A stretch of DNA of 63,697 nucleotides, filler included, from Octopus bimaculoides (GCF_001194135.2; 5 parts of 5 records of this genome joined end to end with filler, not necessarily neighbours in it), one strand, 5' to 3'; shown: positions 1-13,020, counted from the first letter of the whole stretch. A program made the numbers and translations. Notes: generated by a model not told the origin, from the sequence alone.

Positions 1-1198
1 ATTTTAAACATACACACACACAGAGAAAATCTGCCTTTTATAGTATAGACGTATATTAATGAAAAACAGGAGTGAATATTGGACCTAGTATAGAAGAAAG
101 TACGATTAGAAAGATATCTTAGAATATTCTAATAGATAAGGAAAGAAGTGAAATAAAGCTTGATTCGAGAAAGGTGAACAAAGGGGAATAAGCACAAAAT
201 TTATTTTGCAAAATTACTTACGATAGCAAGAACTTTAGTATATACATAAAGATATGTGTGAACTATATGAATATGACTATATGTGGAGTAAAAAAAAATG
301 TGCAAACTCGAGGAGTAAAGAGAGTAGAGATTAACTTACAATGGGGGATAACCATTGATATTGTATCATATTAAGATACAGTAACTAATCCAAATAAATG
401 GCAATACTTGATGCAATATCGTAAATTAATAATACAATACGTATGCAATGAATACATAGTTAAAGTTATATTGGAATACTTGTCTAACTAAAACATTATA
501 TCCCATCAGGAAAATTGTTATTGTTATTATTACAAATATGAAAAATAAATTTATTATTATTACTATTATTGTTATTAGATAGAGAGGTGAGTTCTTAACT
601 TTTGTATATGATTGCCACAATCCATCACTAAGGTAAACATAGCTGACGTAATCCATCACCACAGCCAACTTAATGACAAAAAGCGCAACTCGAAAGTGGA
701 TTTGTTATATTTTTATTACTATTAAAAAATAAGTACATTAATAAATGAATGAATAAACAATTCAAAAATTTTTTAATTTAAAATAATAGAAAAAACCTAT
801 GTGTATAAGTAGTGGGAGCAGTATGATGGACAAATTAATAGAGATATTGATGTCAATGAAAAATTGATATTAAAGTTATGCTCTGGTGTGTACGATGCAG
901 AGACTCTGCATTAACATATCTGGTTACAAAGGTGGGAAAGAAAAATTACAAAGTTATAATTAACTAAAATATACTTGAGTATGATTATAAATCCAATGGA
1001 TAAAAAAACTACAAAAAGAGATAAGAATAATAATAAGAGGACCATCAAGCAAGAAGGAAAAGTTGTAGGGATGGACCAAATGGGTAAATGGAGGTAACTG
1101 GAGGAGATTTATTACCTAAATTTAATAAAAATAAATACAAAGTGGGGTGAGTATGTTAGTATGTAAAAAAAATAACTAAAATTATAAAAAGGATGACA

Positions 1199-3551
1199 TT
1201 AATGGAACGAGCTGAAGGTGTGTTTTCCCCAATGCTGGCATATGTATGCTCTCTGTGTTATCTGGTTCACTAAATCATTGGAGAACAGAATGTGGAATAG
1301 CTCCAAGTTACAGAGAGGACAAAAATCTTTACCCTTGTCGTAGGGTATTGACCATTCTAAAGAGAATTGCTTATTACAGTCCTTAAGTTTCCAGATTAAC
1401 TTACTAAGACCGGTACTATTGTATTTATTCCTATCCCTAAAAGTTGAGTAATGGTTAGAGATTCTCCTAGAGAACTGGGAAGAAGAGCAACCTATGTAAT
1501 GAAAAACCTCTGTGTTAGTCGTTACCTTACATTGATAAACCACATTTTTGGTCCTAGCATTCACACTCATGAACTTAATTCTATTACAATTAGATTCCGA
1601 GATACTAATCTTATTGTTGTGATAGTTATTGTTATATTTACTAATGTTGTACTTATTACCTTTATTTTTATCTAAATAACTATTGCTACCATAGGAGCAT
1701 GTTGTATTACTGGAGTGATTGTTATTATTATTATTATTATCATTACTATTATTATCATAATTGGTTTGGCTGTCTAGATGCGAATCTAAAAGTCTAAAAT
1801 TATGGGAAGAAATTATTTGTAACATATTTTTAGTATTAGAAAACCCAAATCTAACCTTGTGTGTGTTGATGATTGGGTAATAGTGAGAACCCCTAGGAAA
1901 GTTCCTATTCACTGCATTGCAGAACTGCAAAACCAAATTAGATTTGATTTTTTTCCCAAATGGGACAATGAACCAGATTTAGGTGCAGTGTTGGTATTGC
2001 TAAAGAATTTAAGTTTTTTGTTTTTATTAAGGTGTTTAGTCGGTTAAGCCTCCTCTTTTATGTGAACGATTATAAGTACCTCTTTCTCAGTAAAGTGAGA
2101 AGAAGGGGAAGAAATAGAATTGAATTTATCCCTGTACAAATATTGAAAGATGACTAAATGAATTGATGTATCTTTATAACCTGCCTTCAATAAGGCTGAA
2201 TTATAAAAGTCAGCCTCTTTATTGAAAATGTGGGAGTTAGAGGAAAGTTTAGACAGTCTAAGTGAAATACTCTTAACTAAATTATTGGTGATTGGCCTTG
2301 GATGGTTACTAAAGGGGCTTATGTACCTAAGATTTGTTGATGGTTTATGGTGTGGAAAGTGTGTATTGCTATGTAAGTCTAAGTTATGTCTAAAAAGTTT
2401 TCTATAGAGACCTCATCCTCAAAAATGATGCCAAAGCCCATTCTTTTGAAGAATCTAGCGAACCTATTTTTAACCTTTTGGATGCACTGAGCAGAGGCAT
2501 TATGGAGGTATAGCAGACAATCGTCCCTGTAAAGACCTCCATTAATGTTAGGGAACTGGTCTGCCATTTCATACAATAAATAAGAACAGACCACATCAGC
2601 TATTTGAGCTGAATCCGAACTTCCCATAGGAACATCAAAAGCCTCCGGAGTATCCTTATGGATCCAAAGTTTATTGTTAAATTTAATGATAGATTTACGA
2701 GCCGCTAAATTAATTTCATCCCTATTATGTGCAAACCAAAGTGCTTTGTTAAGGATAATAGAAGAGTAGAAACTAGAAATGTCAAACTGTATAAATTTGG
2801 TATTATTCTTATCTTTAATTGAATTAAACCAATCTATTACTTGAGAAGAATTTGACCAAAGATTCAGTTTTAACTTATCAATTATAGTGGGTATATATTT
2901 GTCCAGAATGTTTTTACTAAGAATGCCTATGTCAGACCTAGAGGGACAAATAAGACAGAGAAGGGTTGGACCAAAAATTTATCTTATGGTCCTTAAGAAC
3001 AAACCGAGGTTGCTTAGAGACCAGAGGTTCAGTCCTATCTTGCAGATTGTATTTGATCATAATTTCCTTAGCTTCCAGGTTAGCTTTCCGTAGAATATTT
3101 CTGTTGGTAGTCCTATAGTTTTTTTCTATCTCTTTCTTCAGTAATTCCATGTATTTATCTTAAAACAGTTTGTATAAATTTCCAGTTTTATCTGACTGTA
3201 CTAATAATCCTTTGGTTCGATTGATTTTCTTTGTAATATTGTGGAGGAACCTAAGATGACTATTCCTGAGAGGAGAGCGATGAAACTTAATATTCCTCAC
3301 GATAGACCAAATGTCCTCTTCAAATTTATCCAACTTAGGGTTAGACGGAGGAGAGTTCCTCGATTTGAAAAGACTCTTAAAGTTCAAATATCCTTTTTGT
3401 TATTTGGTACATCCCTAGTATCATGGAAATAGGTTTTCCATCTGATTCTGTTTAAAAAGGAGTTAGTCTTGCTAATGAGTAATTTGATGTAACTATTCCT
3501 TGGTGGAACAGGAATATCTTTAAGGGATGTGTTTATGTCGAAAAGCTCCAT
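1199..3551 (-). mobile_element. Penelope-like retroelement copy 1: frameshifted full-length RT plus C-terminal GIY-YIG endonuclease ORF
   Basis: Minus-strand frames give the start MELFDINTSLKDIP (ATG at 3551), RT motifs FDVPMGSSDSAQIAD and GLYRDDCLL, NFLDITL, and C-terminal VVYQCKV..HYIGCS..RRISNHYSTF..CPLCNLE (GIY-YIG with Cys/His). The stop is at 1199. Confidence 0.9.
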
Positions 3552-3559
3552 AATTGGCA

Positions 3560-5870
3560 GGCTATAGTGAAGGTAGGCGAGGCAACAGACGTTTGCGGTG
3601 AGACGTTACATTTGTGGAGGCAGTCAACCAAGGCAACAACGATCGTCGACTTGAAGTTGGCATATTTGCAGCTCCGTGTGAGTAGCAAGCTGTTTAACCA
3701 TGCTGGGTTTCGGGCTGAATTCCACTCCGAAAATTATGGCAATGGTGCTCAAGTCCATCCTAGGGAAAGAGAAGATAAGGAAGGCCACCAGTTCCTACAT
3801 CGACGACATTTTGGTTGATGACACTGTAGTGCCAGCCACCGAGGTAGTGAGACATCTGGAGAGGTTCGGGCTGATTGCGAAGCCACCAGAGTCGATGGTG
3901 GGGGAAGCTGCGCTGGGGCTGAAACTATGAAGAGACAGATTGGGTGAGCTGGTGTTCTGGAGAGGAAACGAGATCCTAGAGCTGAGTTCCAGTNNNNNNN
4001 NNNNNNNNNNNNNNNNNNNNNNNNNNNNNNNNNNNNNNNNNNNNNNNNNNNNNNNNNNNNNNNNNNNNNNNNNNNNNNNNNNNNNNNNNNNNNNNNNNNN
4101 NNNNNNNNNNNNNNNNNNNNNNNNNNNNNNNNNNNNNNNNNNNNNNNNNNNNNNNNNNNNNNNNNNNNNNNNNNNNNNNNNNNNNNNNNNNNNNNNNNNN
4201 NNNNNNNNNNNNNNNNNNNNNNNNNNNNNNNNNNNNNNNNNNNNNNNNNNNNNNNNNNNNNNNNNNNNNNNNNNNNNNNNNNNNNNNNNNNNNNNNNNNN
4301 NNNNNNNNNNNNNNNNNNNNNNNNNNNNNNNNNNNNNNNNNNNNNNNNNNNNNNNNNNNNNNNNNNNNNNNNNNNNNNNNNNNNNNNNNNNNNNNNNNNN
4401 NNNNNNNNNNNNNNNNNNNNNNNNNNNNNNNNNNNNNNNNNNNNNNNNNNNNNNNNNNNATAGTGGCAGCGTGTCGGCTGGGTGACTCCGAACTGAAGAA
4501 ACTACATGCTATGCACCACTTGGGGGTGGATAGGACCCTGTATCTAGCGAAGATGATTGATGCTGACGTCACTAGGAGAAACGTCAAGAAAGTGGTTGGG
4601 AACTGTGACAGATGCCAGTCCATTGATCCCGCCCCGGGTGGGCATGAGCAAGGGAACCTCTCAGTAGAGCGCAACTGGAGGAGACTAGCTGTGGATGTGA
4701 CGCACTACCGTCAGGGAATGTATCTCACCATGGTCGACTGCGGGCCGGGCCAGCTGACCATTTGGAGGGAGTTGAAGACAGGCATTGCTGATGAGACTGC
4801 CCGGATTTTGAACGGGATATTCTTGGAGAGGGGTCCTGTGGAAGAACTGCTAATGGACAACGGGGCGGCATTTCATTCGGAAGCGTTGGGGGAGATGCTC
4901 GACCGGTGGAAGGTGCGACGATTGTTCAGAGCGGCAATGGAATCATTGAGAGGCACCATTGGATGATCAAGGCCATGGCTGAAAGGGGGCACATTTCGTC
5001 CCTGGAAACGGTTTTCTGGTATAANNNNNNNNNNNNNNNNNNNNNNNNNNNNNNNNNNNNNNNNNNNNNNNNNNNNNNNNNNNNNNNNNNNNNNNNNNNN
5101 NNNNNNNNNNNNNNNNNNNNNNNNNNNNNNNNNNNNNNNNNNNNNNNNNNNNNNNNNNNNNNNNNNNNNNNNNNNNNNNNNNNNNNNNNNNNNNNNNNNN
5201 NNNNNNNNNNNNNNNNNNNNNNNNNNNNNNNNNNNNNNNNNNNNNNNNNNNNNNNNNNNNNNNNNNNNNNNNNNNNNNNNNNNNNNNNNNNNNNNNNNNN
5301 NNNNNNNNNNNNNNNNNNNNNNNNNNNNNNNNNNNNNNNNNNNNNNNNNNNNNNNNNNNNNNNNNNNNNNNNNNNNNNNNNNNNNNNNNNNNNNNNNNNN
5401 NNNNNNNNNNNNNNNNNNNNNNNNNNNNNNNNNNNNNNNNNNNNNNNNNNNNNNNNNNNNNNNNNNNNNNNNNNNNNNNNNNNNNNNNNNNNNNNNNNNN
5501 NNNNNNNNNNNNNNNNNNNNNNNNNNNNNNNNNNNNNNNNNNNNNNNNNNNNNNNNNNNNNNNNNNNNNNNNNNNNNNNNNNNNNNNNNNNNNNNNNNNN
5601 NNNNNNNNNNNNNNNNNNNNNNNNNNNNNNNNNNNNNNNNNNNNNNNNNNNNNNCCAAGGGAGCCTCGATCGGGATTTCGTGCCCTTTTTCAAATGGGGT
5701 TGTTGTGAAGAGAGGACATGCCAAGTGATCGTCTAGGTGTTGGGAGAAGCAGCTGCTATTTCTAGTGTTCTTCGGGTCGGGCCCGCCACGAGGATCGGAT
5801 ACCGCAGGACAGACTCGTGCAAAGGAAGGAAACCGAGGTAAGCTGATTACTTCTACTCGCATGCATACAC
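3560..5870 (+). mobile_element. Gypsy/Ty3 LTR retrotransposon pol fragments (RT, integrase), interrupted by gaps
   Basis: RT motif YIDDILV (3700-3930). Integrase zinc motif HAMHHLG..CDRC and core LAVDVTHY..LLMDNGAAFHSE (4463-4966). GC content is higher than in the flanks. Confidence 0.85.
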
Positions 5871-5872
5871 CA

Positions 5873-7360
5873 CATAAGAGACAATCATCTCTATATAGAC
5901 CCCCCCCCCCATTAATATTTGGGAATTGATCTACCATTTCATTAAGTATGAAGGAACATACAATGGCAGCTATCTGTGCCGAATCAGAACTCCCCATAGG
6001 GACATCAAATGCGTCCGGGGTATCTTTGCAAATCCAAATTTTATTATTGAACTTAATAAATGATTTTCTAGCCGTTAATATCACATTGATCTCATCCCTT
6101 GTAAGTCCCGCCTTATTATGTGCAAACCACAATGCTTTGTTAAGTATGATAGGATTAATAGATGAGTAAAAATTAGCAATATCAAATTGAATAAATTTCG
6201 TATTTTCCTTATCCTTAATCAATTTGAACCATTCTACAACTTGTGTAGAATTAGATCATAAATAAAGTTTTAATTTCTTTACTATTGTAGGGAGATATTT
6301 ATCAAATATATTCTTACTAAGTATCCCTATATCCGACTTAGTCGGGCAAATGAGTTTTAAGGAAGGATCAGTCCAAAAATTACTCTTGTGATCTTTAAGG
6401 ATAAATCGCGGTTCCTTAGGTACTGGAGGTTCAGTTCTGTTCAACAGGTTGAAGTTATTCATTAACTTTTTAGCTTCAAGATTTGCTTTTCTGAGCATGT
6501 TCTTATTTGTTATTTTGTAGTTTTTCTCTATTTCTTTTTTTAGAAGGTCAAGATAATGTTGTTTCTGTAGTTTATATATGTTTCCTGTTTTGTCAGATTT
6601 AACTAAAATTCCGTTCGTTCTGTTAATTTCCCTGGTAATCCTGCTTAGGTACTCCAAATGTTGGTTCCTTCTAAGAGATTTATTTATTTTAATGTTCTTA
6701 ACAACTGTCCAAAGTTCATCTTCAAATTTATCCAACTTCGGATTATATGGTGGGTTTTTCCTAGATTTAAAAAGCTTCTTAAATTGTGAATTATTGTCTG
6801 TTATGTTAACTGCCTGCTCAATCTTATCAAAAAAATACGCTTTCCACCTTATTCTGCTGATAAATGAGTGTGTCTTTCGTATTAATTGTTTTATATAGAT
6901 GTTATTTGGTGGAATAGTGGAAACGCAATGGCCCAGTGGTGTTAGGTCAGCGGATTCACGGTCATAGGATCGCAGTTTCGATTCCCAGACCAGGCGTTGT
7001 GAGTGTTTACTGATCGAAAACACCTAAAGCTCCATAAGGCTCCGGCAGGGGATGGTGGCGAACCCTGCTGTACTCTTTCACCACAACTTTCTCTCATTCT
7101 TACTTCCTGTTTCTGTTGTACCTGTAATTCAAAGGGCCAGCCTTGTCACACTGTGTCACGCTGAATATCCCTGAGAACTACGTTAAGGGTACACGTGTCT
7201 GTGGAGTGCTCAGCCACTTGCACGTTAATTTCACGAGCAGGCTGTTCCGTTGATCGGATCAACTGGAACCCTCGGCATCATAAGCGACGGAGTGCCAACA
7301 ACAACAATTTGGTGGAATCGGTATATCTTTCAAGGATGCGTCTATTTTGAATAGCTCCAT
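5873..7360 (-). mobile_element. Penelope-like retroelement copy 2 (5' half of the ORF, 3' part lost at the Gypsy junction)
   Basis: MELFKIDASLKDIPIPP start (ATG at 7360), RIRWKAYFFD, KSDKTGNIY, FIQFDIANFYSSI, FDVPMGSSDSAQIA, GLYRDDCLL. It is clearly homologous to copy 1 but diverged. Confidence 0.9.
6916..7306 (+). mobile_element. tRNA-derived SINE (family A) inserted into Penelope copy 2
   Basis: A-box-like TGGCCCAGTGG, B-box-like GTTTCGATTCC and a (CAA)n tail. A perfect 12-bp TSD ATTTGGTGGAAT lies at 6904-6915 and 7307-7318. Removing the insert restores the Penelope ORF. Confidence 0.92.
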
Positions 7361-8148
7361 ATTGTAACAAATAGCAGTCTCTTCTGTAAAAGTAAAACTG
7401 TATATACTTGTATTTAAAGATCTCTACCAAATATTTGGCAAAAATATTGTACCTGTTATCAACGTAACAAAATCCTCATATGAAAGGTTGTTTATCATAC
7501 AATTTTGTGTGCATATCCATTTAAATAAGAGCTTTTACGCGATCCATCGTAAAAACTTGTTTAATGACCTATGTACATTTCGATGCAATATCCCGACTCA
7601 CTCTAGTATGTGATGAAAAATGGAATATTGTATCTTTTCAGGGTCAGATTTGATTAATTCATAGCAGACAGTAAATAACAGACAGCATTAATAGTTGTCC
7701 TTAAATTACATGTGTATAAACAGGTTGAAATGACATGAAACATATTGACACTGCTACAATATCGGTTAAGAAAACCGTTATATACTAAAGTAAGTAAGTA
7801 TTGTTGTTAAATTAGGATATTAACCTAGGATGTTAAGTAGCGACGAGTAAAGGACGCTGTAATTTCAATAAAAAACCGTTGGTGTGTGTGTGTTCTTGAT
7901 ATTCTTTCAGAGCAAGTCGTTTTACATCTATCACACGATGTGAATGTTCCGAGCCCTCTCCCCACCCTACCCCCGTTCGCGAGCGCGCACTTTTTTTCTT
8001 CATATTTGTTCCCAGCAAGTTGTTTTACACCTATTATACTATTTTTTTTGTCACCGGGTCAAACGCTTTAATTTGGCCTTTCTTTTTTTTTTAATATGGA
8101 AAATTACGAACGTTATGATTCGGACAAAAATTTCGAAACATCTCTGTA

Positions 8149-8185
8149 GTTACGGTTATGGTTAAGGTTTAAGGATTAGGGTTAG
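8149..8185 (+). repeat. Short degenerate TTAGGG-like tract
   Basis: GTTACGGTTATGGTTAAGGTTTAAGGATTAGGGTTAG, similar to the tract inside the MITE at 10.4 kb. Confidence 0.5.
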
Positions 8186-9659
8186 TGTTTGGGGGGGGGG
8201 GTCAAAATTGGAGAATTGGGGGGTGGGAATTTAACAGTGCCGATTTTTGGCAATTTTCCGGAACCTTCGTATCCGAAAACAGGAGTTTTGGGCAAAAAAA
8301 TGTTTAAATAAACAAATTTAGGAGAAAATGGTGGAGGCGGAAGTCTTTCCAAAGTGTCCTGAAAAGTGAAAACATGCGAAAAATATGTAAAGCAATCTTT
8401 CAAAAGTACAAACACGCGAATAGTTCATTGTGTACAGAGAGTCCACTGTAAGATGTTATTGGTAAATGTGAAAGCTGCCGGAATCCAAAATGGTACAGAA
8501 GACAAGTGTTCCTTGAACAAAGGTGTCAAGAGATAGAATGCAGTTCGAAGATTTGCAGGAGCGACAGTGGCGGTCGTGACAAGGCGTCTATTTGAGAGGT
8601 ACCGTTGAGTGGCATTGCTTAAAAATGCTGTCATGAAATCGGAGCTGCGAGCGAAAATGACAGAAAGATCCCGTGCAAATGAAGATAAGCCAGAACTCTT
8701 CCATTCTCCGGCCGAGAGAAGCGGAGAGGTGACGAAAAATGCTGAACTGGGAACAAGTAAGCATCAAGAAATGTTATGTACTCACTGAAATGTAACTGTG
8801 CATTTTACTGCTATTTTCAGCAAGTAAAATACGCTGTGTAAGAATGAATTGACGTCTCGTGAAACATGAAGGAAACTGCTCAAAAAGTTGTTAGGATGAA
8901 ATAACCGTGAAGTTTTTTGTGTGAAAAACCACAAAAGTCTCAGCCGCAATGAAGTCTTTGGTTATAGGCTCTGGAAGTCATTGACAAAATGAAAAACTTT
9001 AACGTAGGAAAATTTACTTAGCTTTTCACTTGTGATGGATGAGAATGTAGAGGCAATCCTGAAGTTGAACGTCGCGAAGCATACGAATTCAATGGCTGTT
9101 GAAACGAGATCTGTAGATCTTTTAGCTCGGGGTACCAATTTGCGAAGTACCGTATGATGAGAGATAACGAGGAATGCGTTTCTAAGTCGAGGTCCCATTA
9201 TAGATGGTCAAGGTGATGTGTTCCACGTCGGGGTCACAATTACAAATGGTCGTGGTCACCATTATAGATAGTGGTCCGTGTAGTGTGACCATCTAAGCGA
9301 CTCATATATCAGAAGACTGAAATGATTCATATCATGTGCCAGTTGGAAAAGAGGAGACACAACCGAGTAGAAGGCTTATGAAAGATTTGTTGATATATTT
9401 ACATGCATCTGTGTGGGTTGTAGGTTTGCTGTTAACCATGGTGCGGCAGCTCACGAATAGCGCTATGTTAGAACCTGTGCAGTGTTGCTGGTGCTGTGTA
9501 TGTAAAGACGTTGTTGGCGACATTGGTGAGAGACATGATGATGGCGACGAAGATGGAGGTCGCTGTGATGCTGTTGGACAGATGTTGTCTGGCGTCATCG
9601 CTGGAATTGGCTGTGTCGTGTGGTCACTGGATAGACCTCAGAAGGTCTGGAAACAAAAG

Positions 9660-9780
9660 ACTGAGATGCAGAGAAGTTGAGTTTTTATAAGCCACGTGAT
9701 CTTAATTAGGGACTTCGATTGGTTGGGTTGCATATTGGCGCGATAGAATAAGAGACAAATTGCGCCAATACCAACCAATC
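9660..9780 (-). promoter_or_regulatory. Candidate Pol II core promoter (CCAAT boxes, E-box, TATA, Inr)
   Basis: On the minus strand, TATAAAAA (9682-9689) lies 27 nt upstream of the A of TCAGT (9660-9664). CACGTG is at 9693-9698. Four CCAAT boxes sit in an inverted repeat at 9717-9780. Confidence 0.45.
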
Positions 9781-9960
9781 AGAGTGATGGACACAATGGG
9801 GTCCAAATAGTGCTCAAAGGTTAGCTGTTATATGTATGTATATATAATTGAGAGAGAGGAAGTTCACTAAACGGTATAAATACTACATGCTATTTTTGAT
9901 CACGCAGTGTTTATTGGCGATTTTCTTGCCGATGTGAATATCTTTTGTGTGAATTCAGTT

Positions 9961-10890
9961 TACGTTTTGAGGTCAAATTCTGCCGAAGTTGACTTTGCCT
10001 TTCATCCATTCGGATTCGATAAAATAAGTACCAGTTGAGGGATCCTTTTGGTTTGACCGGCAACATTTTTCATTAATGTTTTATGTAGTGTCTTTGGTAC
10101 CGAAACACTTTCAAACTTCGTATACTTGTATATTTTGTATTATAGAACAGATAAAAAATTTTGTATTCGAAGTTATTTCATGTAAAAAGTTATCGTATTT
10201 CGGTAATTTCAACCAATCACTGACGTCTATTTAGGTGAAAACAATTAATGGCGTGGAATGTAAACAACGGTGTCATGGGATATTTTCCCTTGAATAAAAT
10301 TAGTGCTGTTGTTTGTCAACAACTACCCGTGTTACTCTTATTTATGACATCGTTCGTGCGTTTGTATTGGTTTTAGCTTTAGGGTTTTAGGATTAGGGTT
10401 CGGGTTTTAGAGTTAGGGTTAGTTTTAGGATTACGGTTAGGGTTATGATTATTTTTGCCATAACCTCACTCATAACCCTAACCCTAAAACTCATAACCCT
10501 AACCCTAACCCCAACCCTAACCCTAACCCTAAAACCCGAACCCTAAAACCCTAAACCCTTACTAGGGAATAATGATATAATTAAACAGGGAATAACACTC
10601 TTGACACCGGTAAAAATTATTGTTTATAAAAAGAGCACTAACTGTATTCAGCTGAATAGACGTCAGTGATTGGTTGAAATTACAGAAATACGACAACTTT
10701 AACATGAAATAACTTATTAAGAACTAATTTTTGTTAACAAGGCTAAGAGAAAAAGATGTTTTATATGACACATTCTACCAGTATCCCAAGTTTGAAAGTG
10801 TTTCGTTAAGAAAACAAGTGTTGCCCGTCAAACCAAAAAGATCCCAGTTAAGGACTGGAATCAATGAAATCGACTTACCTATCTCCCGGA
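9961..10890 (+). mobile_element. tRNA-derived SINE (family B) split by a MITE
   Basis: GACTTTGCCTTTCATCC..GATAAAATAAGTACCAGTTGA at 9961-10038 resumes as AGTTAAGGACTGG..AATCGACTTA after 10846. It is colinear with the intact family B copy at 13756-13991. Confidence 0.75.
10039..10845. mobile_element. 807-bp MITE/foldback element with long imperfect TIRs and a central telomere-like palindrome
   Basis: Termini GGGATCCTTTTGGTTTGACCGGCAACA / TGTTGCCCGTCAAACCAAAAAGATCCC. Inner inverted arms at about 10155-10230 and 10655-10732. Flanking AGTTGA / AGTTAA is a candidate 6-bp TSD. Confidence 0.85.
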
Positions 10891-12125
10891 GTTGCTTGCC
10901 TTATAACAAGATTTGAAACCAATGTATGAGTGAATTTCGATATAACCGTAATCTAATCCATCTGAAAGATATTTTTTAGATAATTTCATTAAAAAAGTAC
11001 CCATTTTTTCTGAAAGTGATGTAGAAACAAAATCTGTAGGTATGCCATCTAGATAAATGGACTGCCTTTGTCAGTTGTGGCAGAATTTTTGGACAATGTC
11101 AGGACAATCTAGGATTCATGTGGAGATTTTCTGATTAGTTCTGTGGGGATGAGGTGAATCGGAACGAAAGGGTCAGTGACATCAATGGTTTAGGGGCCCT
11201 ACTGGAAGAGGAAGGGTGAGTGAAGAAGTGGGCGGAAGTAGGACCAGCGTGGGCCTCTTTGGCCTCGGACAGCAGAAGTGGACGGATACCAGTAGACGTG
11301 CGAGCTAGAAAGGGAATTAGCCGTAGGTTCTAGCGATAAGTCAGACGAGTAGTGCGTCTCGGATTTAACCCAGCTGGACAGTCGACACTGAGAAGTGGGT
11401 GGATCGCATTTTGTTCCTCGTATTACAGTTCCCCATATTACAAACTATTTTGGCACTCATATACGTGTGTGTGTGTAGTGCATATTGCAGGCATGAAGTA
11501 GATTCGATCCGCCATAGCCAAATTTGAATTAACACTTCAGCAGAACTTTTCTCACGGTGGAACAATGGGGTTTTTTTTTTCTGTGACAGCAGTTTTACAT
11601 TTTCCAGATTGCTTTAGCTTAGGCCGAAATAATGTCTTCACCACTTGACCCTTTCTAACCTCTTCTATTTCAGCAAAAGCTAGAAGATAACAAGACCACC
11701 AACTAAACCTATTGTTCTCAACGATATGTCTATCCTTCTGGGTAGTTATAAAAGCAAGAACCCCAAGCAAAAATCAGTTCGTCACTTTGGTGACAACTCA
11801 GGGAAAACGAAATCTGGTTGACCGGCTAGAACAACTATGGTATCTCGTCAACGAAGCAGTTGTTTCGTCCCATACTCTCTCATTCGTACAAGCTCTCTGT
11901 TCTTTTACAACATCATTCTTTCTCTCTCTGTAATTACTACTAAACAATGACGAGAAGACCAGCACAAACTATACATCTAGCTTTACTTCGCATGCTTTAC
12001 GATTTTATCACCTGCCCGTCGAGGCAAGGTATTGTATAATGTAACGGTAAAAATAAATATTTTCTTAAAACTTCATGAACTATTAACATATTTACATTAT
12101 CAAAGTTTATTCAACCGAGATAATA

Positions 12126-12172
<47 letters not shown>

Positions 12173-12200
12173 TTTTTCTGTTGTTGTCCCCTTCCAGGAG

Positions 12201-12304
12201 ATGGCAGTGACACCATCAGATCTTTCTGTGGCGAGGGAGATATAATCACTTGGATCTATAAGATCAAGATGGTGGCCAGGCTGCAAAGCATTAAAAATGT
12301 ACCC
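12201..12304 (+). mobile_element. Probable Gypsy gag N-terminal fragment, running into a gap
   Basis: Frameshifted MAVT..IRSFCGEGDIITWIYKIKMVARLQSIKNV resembles the F.GEGDV..W..K..LVA.LQ start of invertebrate Gypsy gag (recalled motif). Confidence 0.5.
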
Positions 12305-13020
12305 NNNNNNNNNNNNNNNNNNNNNNNNNNNNNNNNNNNNNNNNNNNNNNNNNNNNNNNNNNNNNNNNNNNNNNNNNNNNNNNNNNNNNNNNNNNNNNNN
12401 NNNNNNNNNNNNNNNNNNNNNNNNNNNNNNNNNNNNNNNNNNNNNNNNNNNNNNNNNNNNNNNNNNNNNNNNNNNNNNNNNNNNNNNNNNNNNNNNNNNN
12501 NNNNNNNNNNNNNNNNNNNNNNNNNNNNNNNNNNNNNNNNNNNNNNNNNNNNNNNNNNNNNNNNNNNNNNNNNNNNNNNNNNNNNNNNNNNNNNNNNNNN
12601 NNNNNNNNNNNNNNNNNNNNNNNNNNNNNNNNNNNNNNNNNNNNNNNNNNNNNNNNNNNNNNNNNNNNNNNNNNNNNNNNNNNNNNNNNNNNNNNNNNNN
12701 NNNNNNNNNNNNNNNNNNNNNNNNNNNNNNNNNNNNNNNNNNNNNNNNNNNNNNNNNNNNNNNNNNNNNNNNNNNNNNNNNNNNNNNNNNNNNNNNNNNN
12801 NNNNNNNNNNNNNNNNNNNNNNNNNNNNNNNNNNNNNNNNNNNNNNNNNNNNNNNNNNNNNNNNNNNNNNNNNNNNNNNNNNNNNNNNNNNNNNNNNNNN
12901 NNNNNNNNNNNNNNNNNNNNNNNNNNNNNNNNNNNNNNNNNNNNNNNNNNNNNNNNNNNNNNNNNNNNNNNNNNNNNNNNNNNNNNNNNNNNNNNNNNNN
13001 NNNNNNNNNNNNNNNNNNNN

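Noticed and set aside
1199-7360. Selenocysteine (in-frame UGA) recoding as in Naiad-type Penelope elements
   Set aside because: The endonuclease is C-terminal, the disruptions are frameshifts rather than conserved UGA codons, and no SECIS was recognised.
8962-9198. Possible Mutator-like transposase remnant (HHTVLRKLVP..FATFN)
   Set aside because: The resemblance is weak and from memory only, with no catalytic motifs or TIRs seen.
10378-10559. Ancient telomere-telomere fusion site
   Set aside because: The array is short, mirrored variant by variant, and enclosed by TIRs and a candidate TSD. A transposon explains it better.
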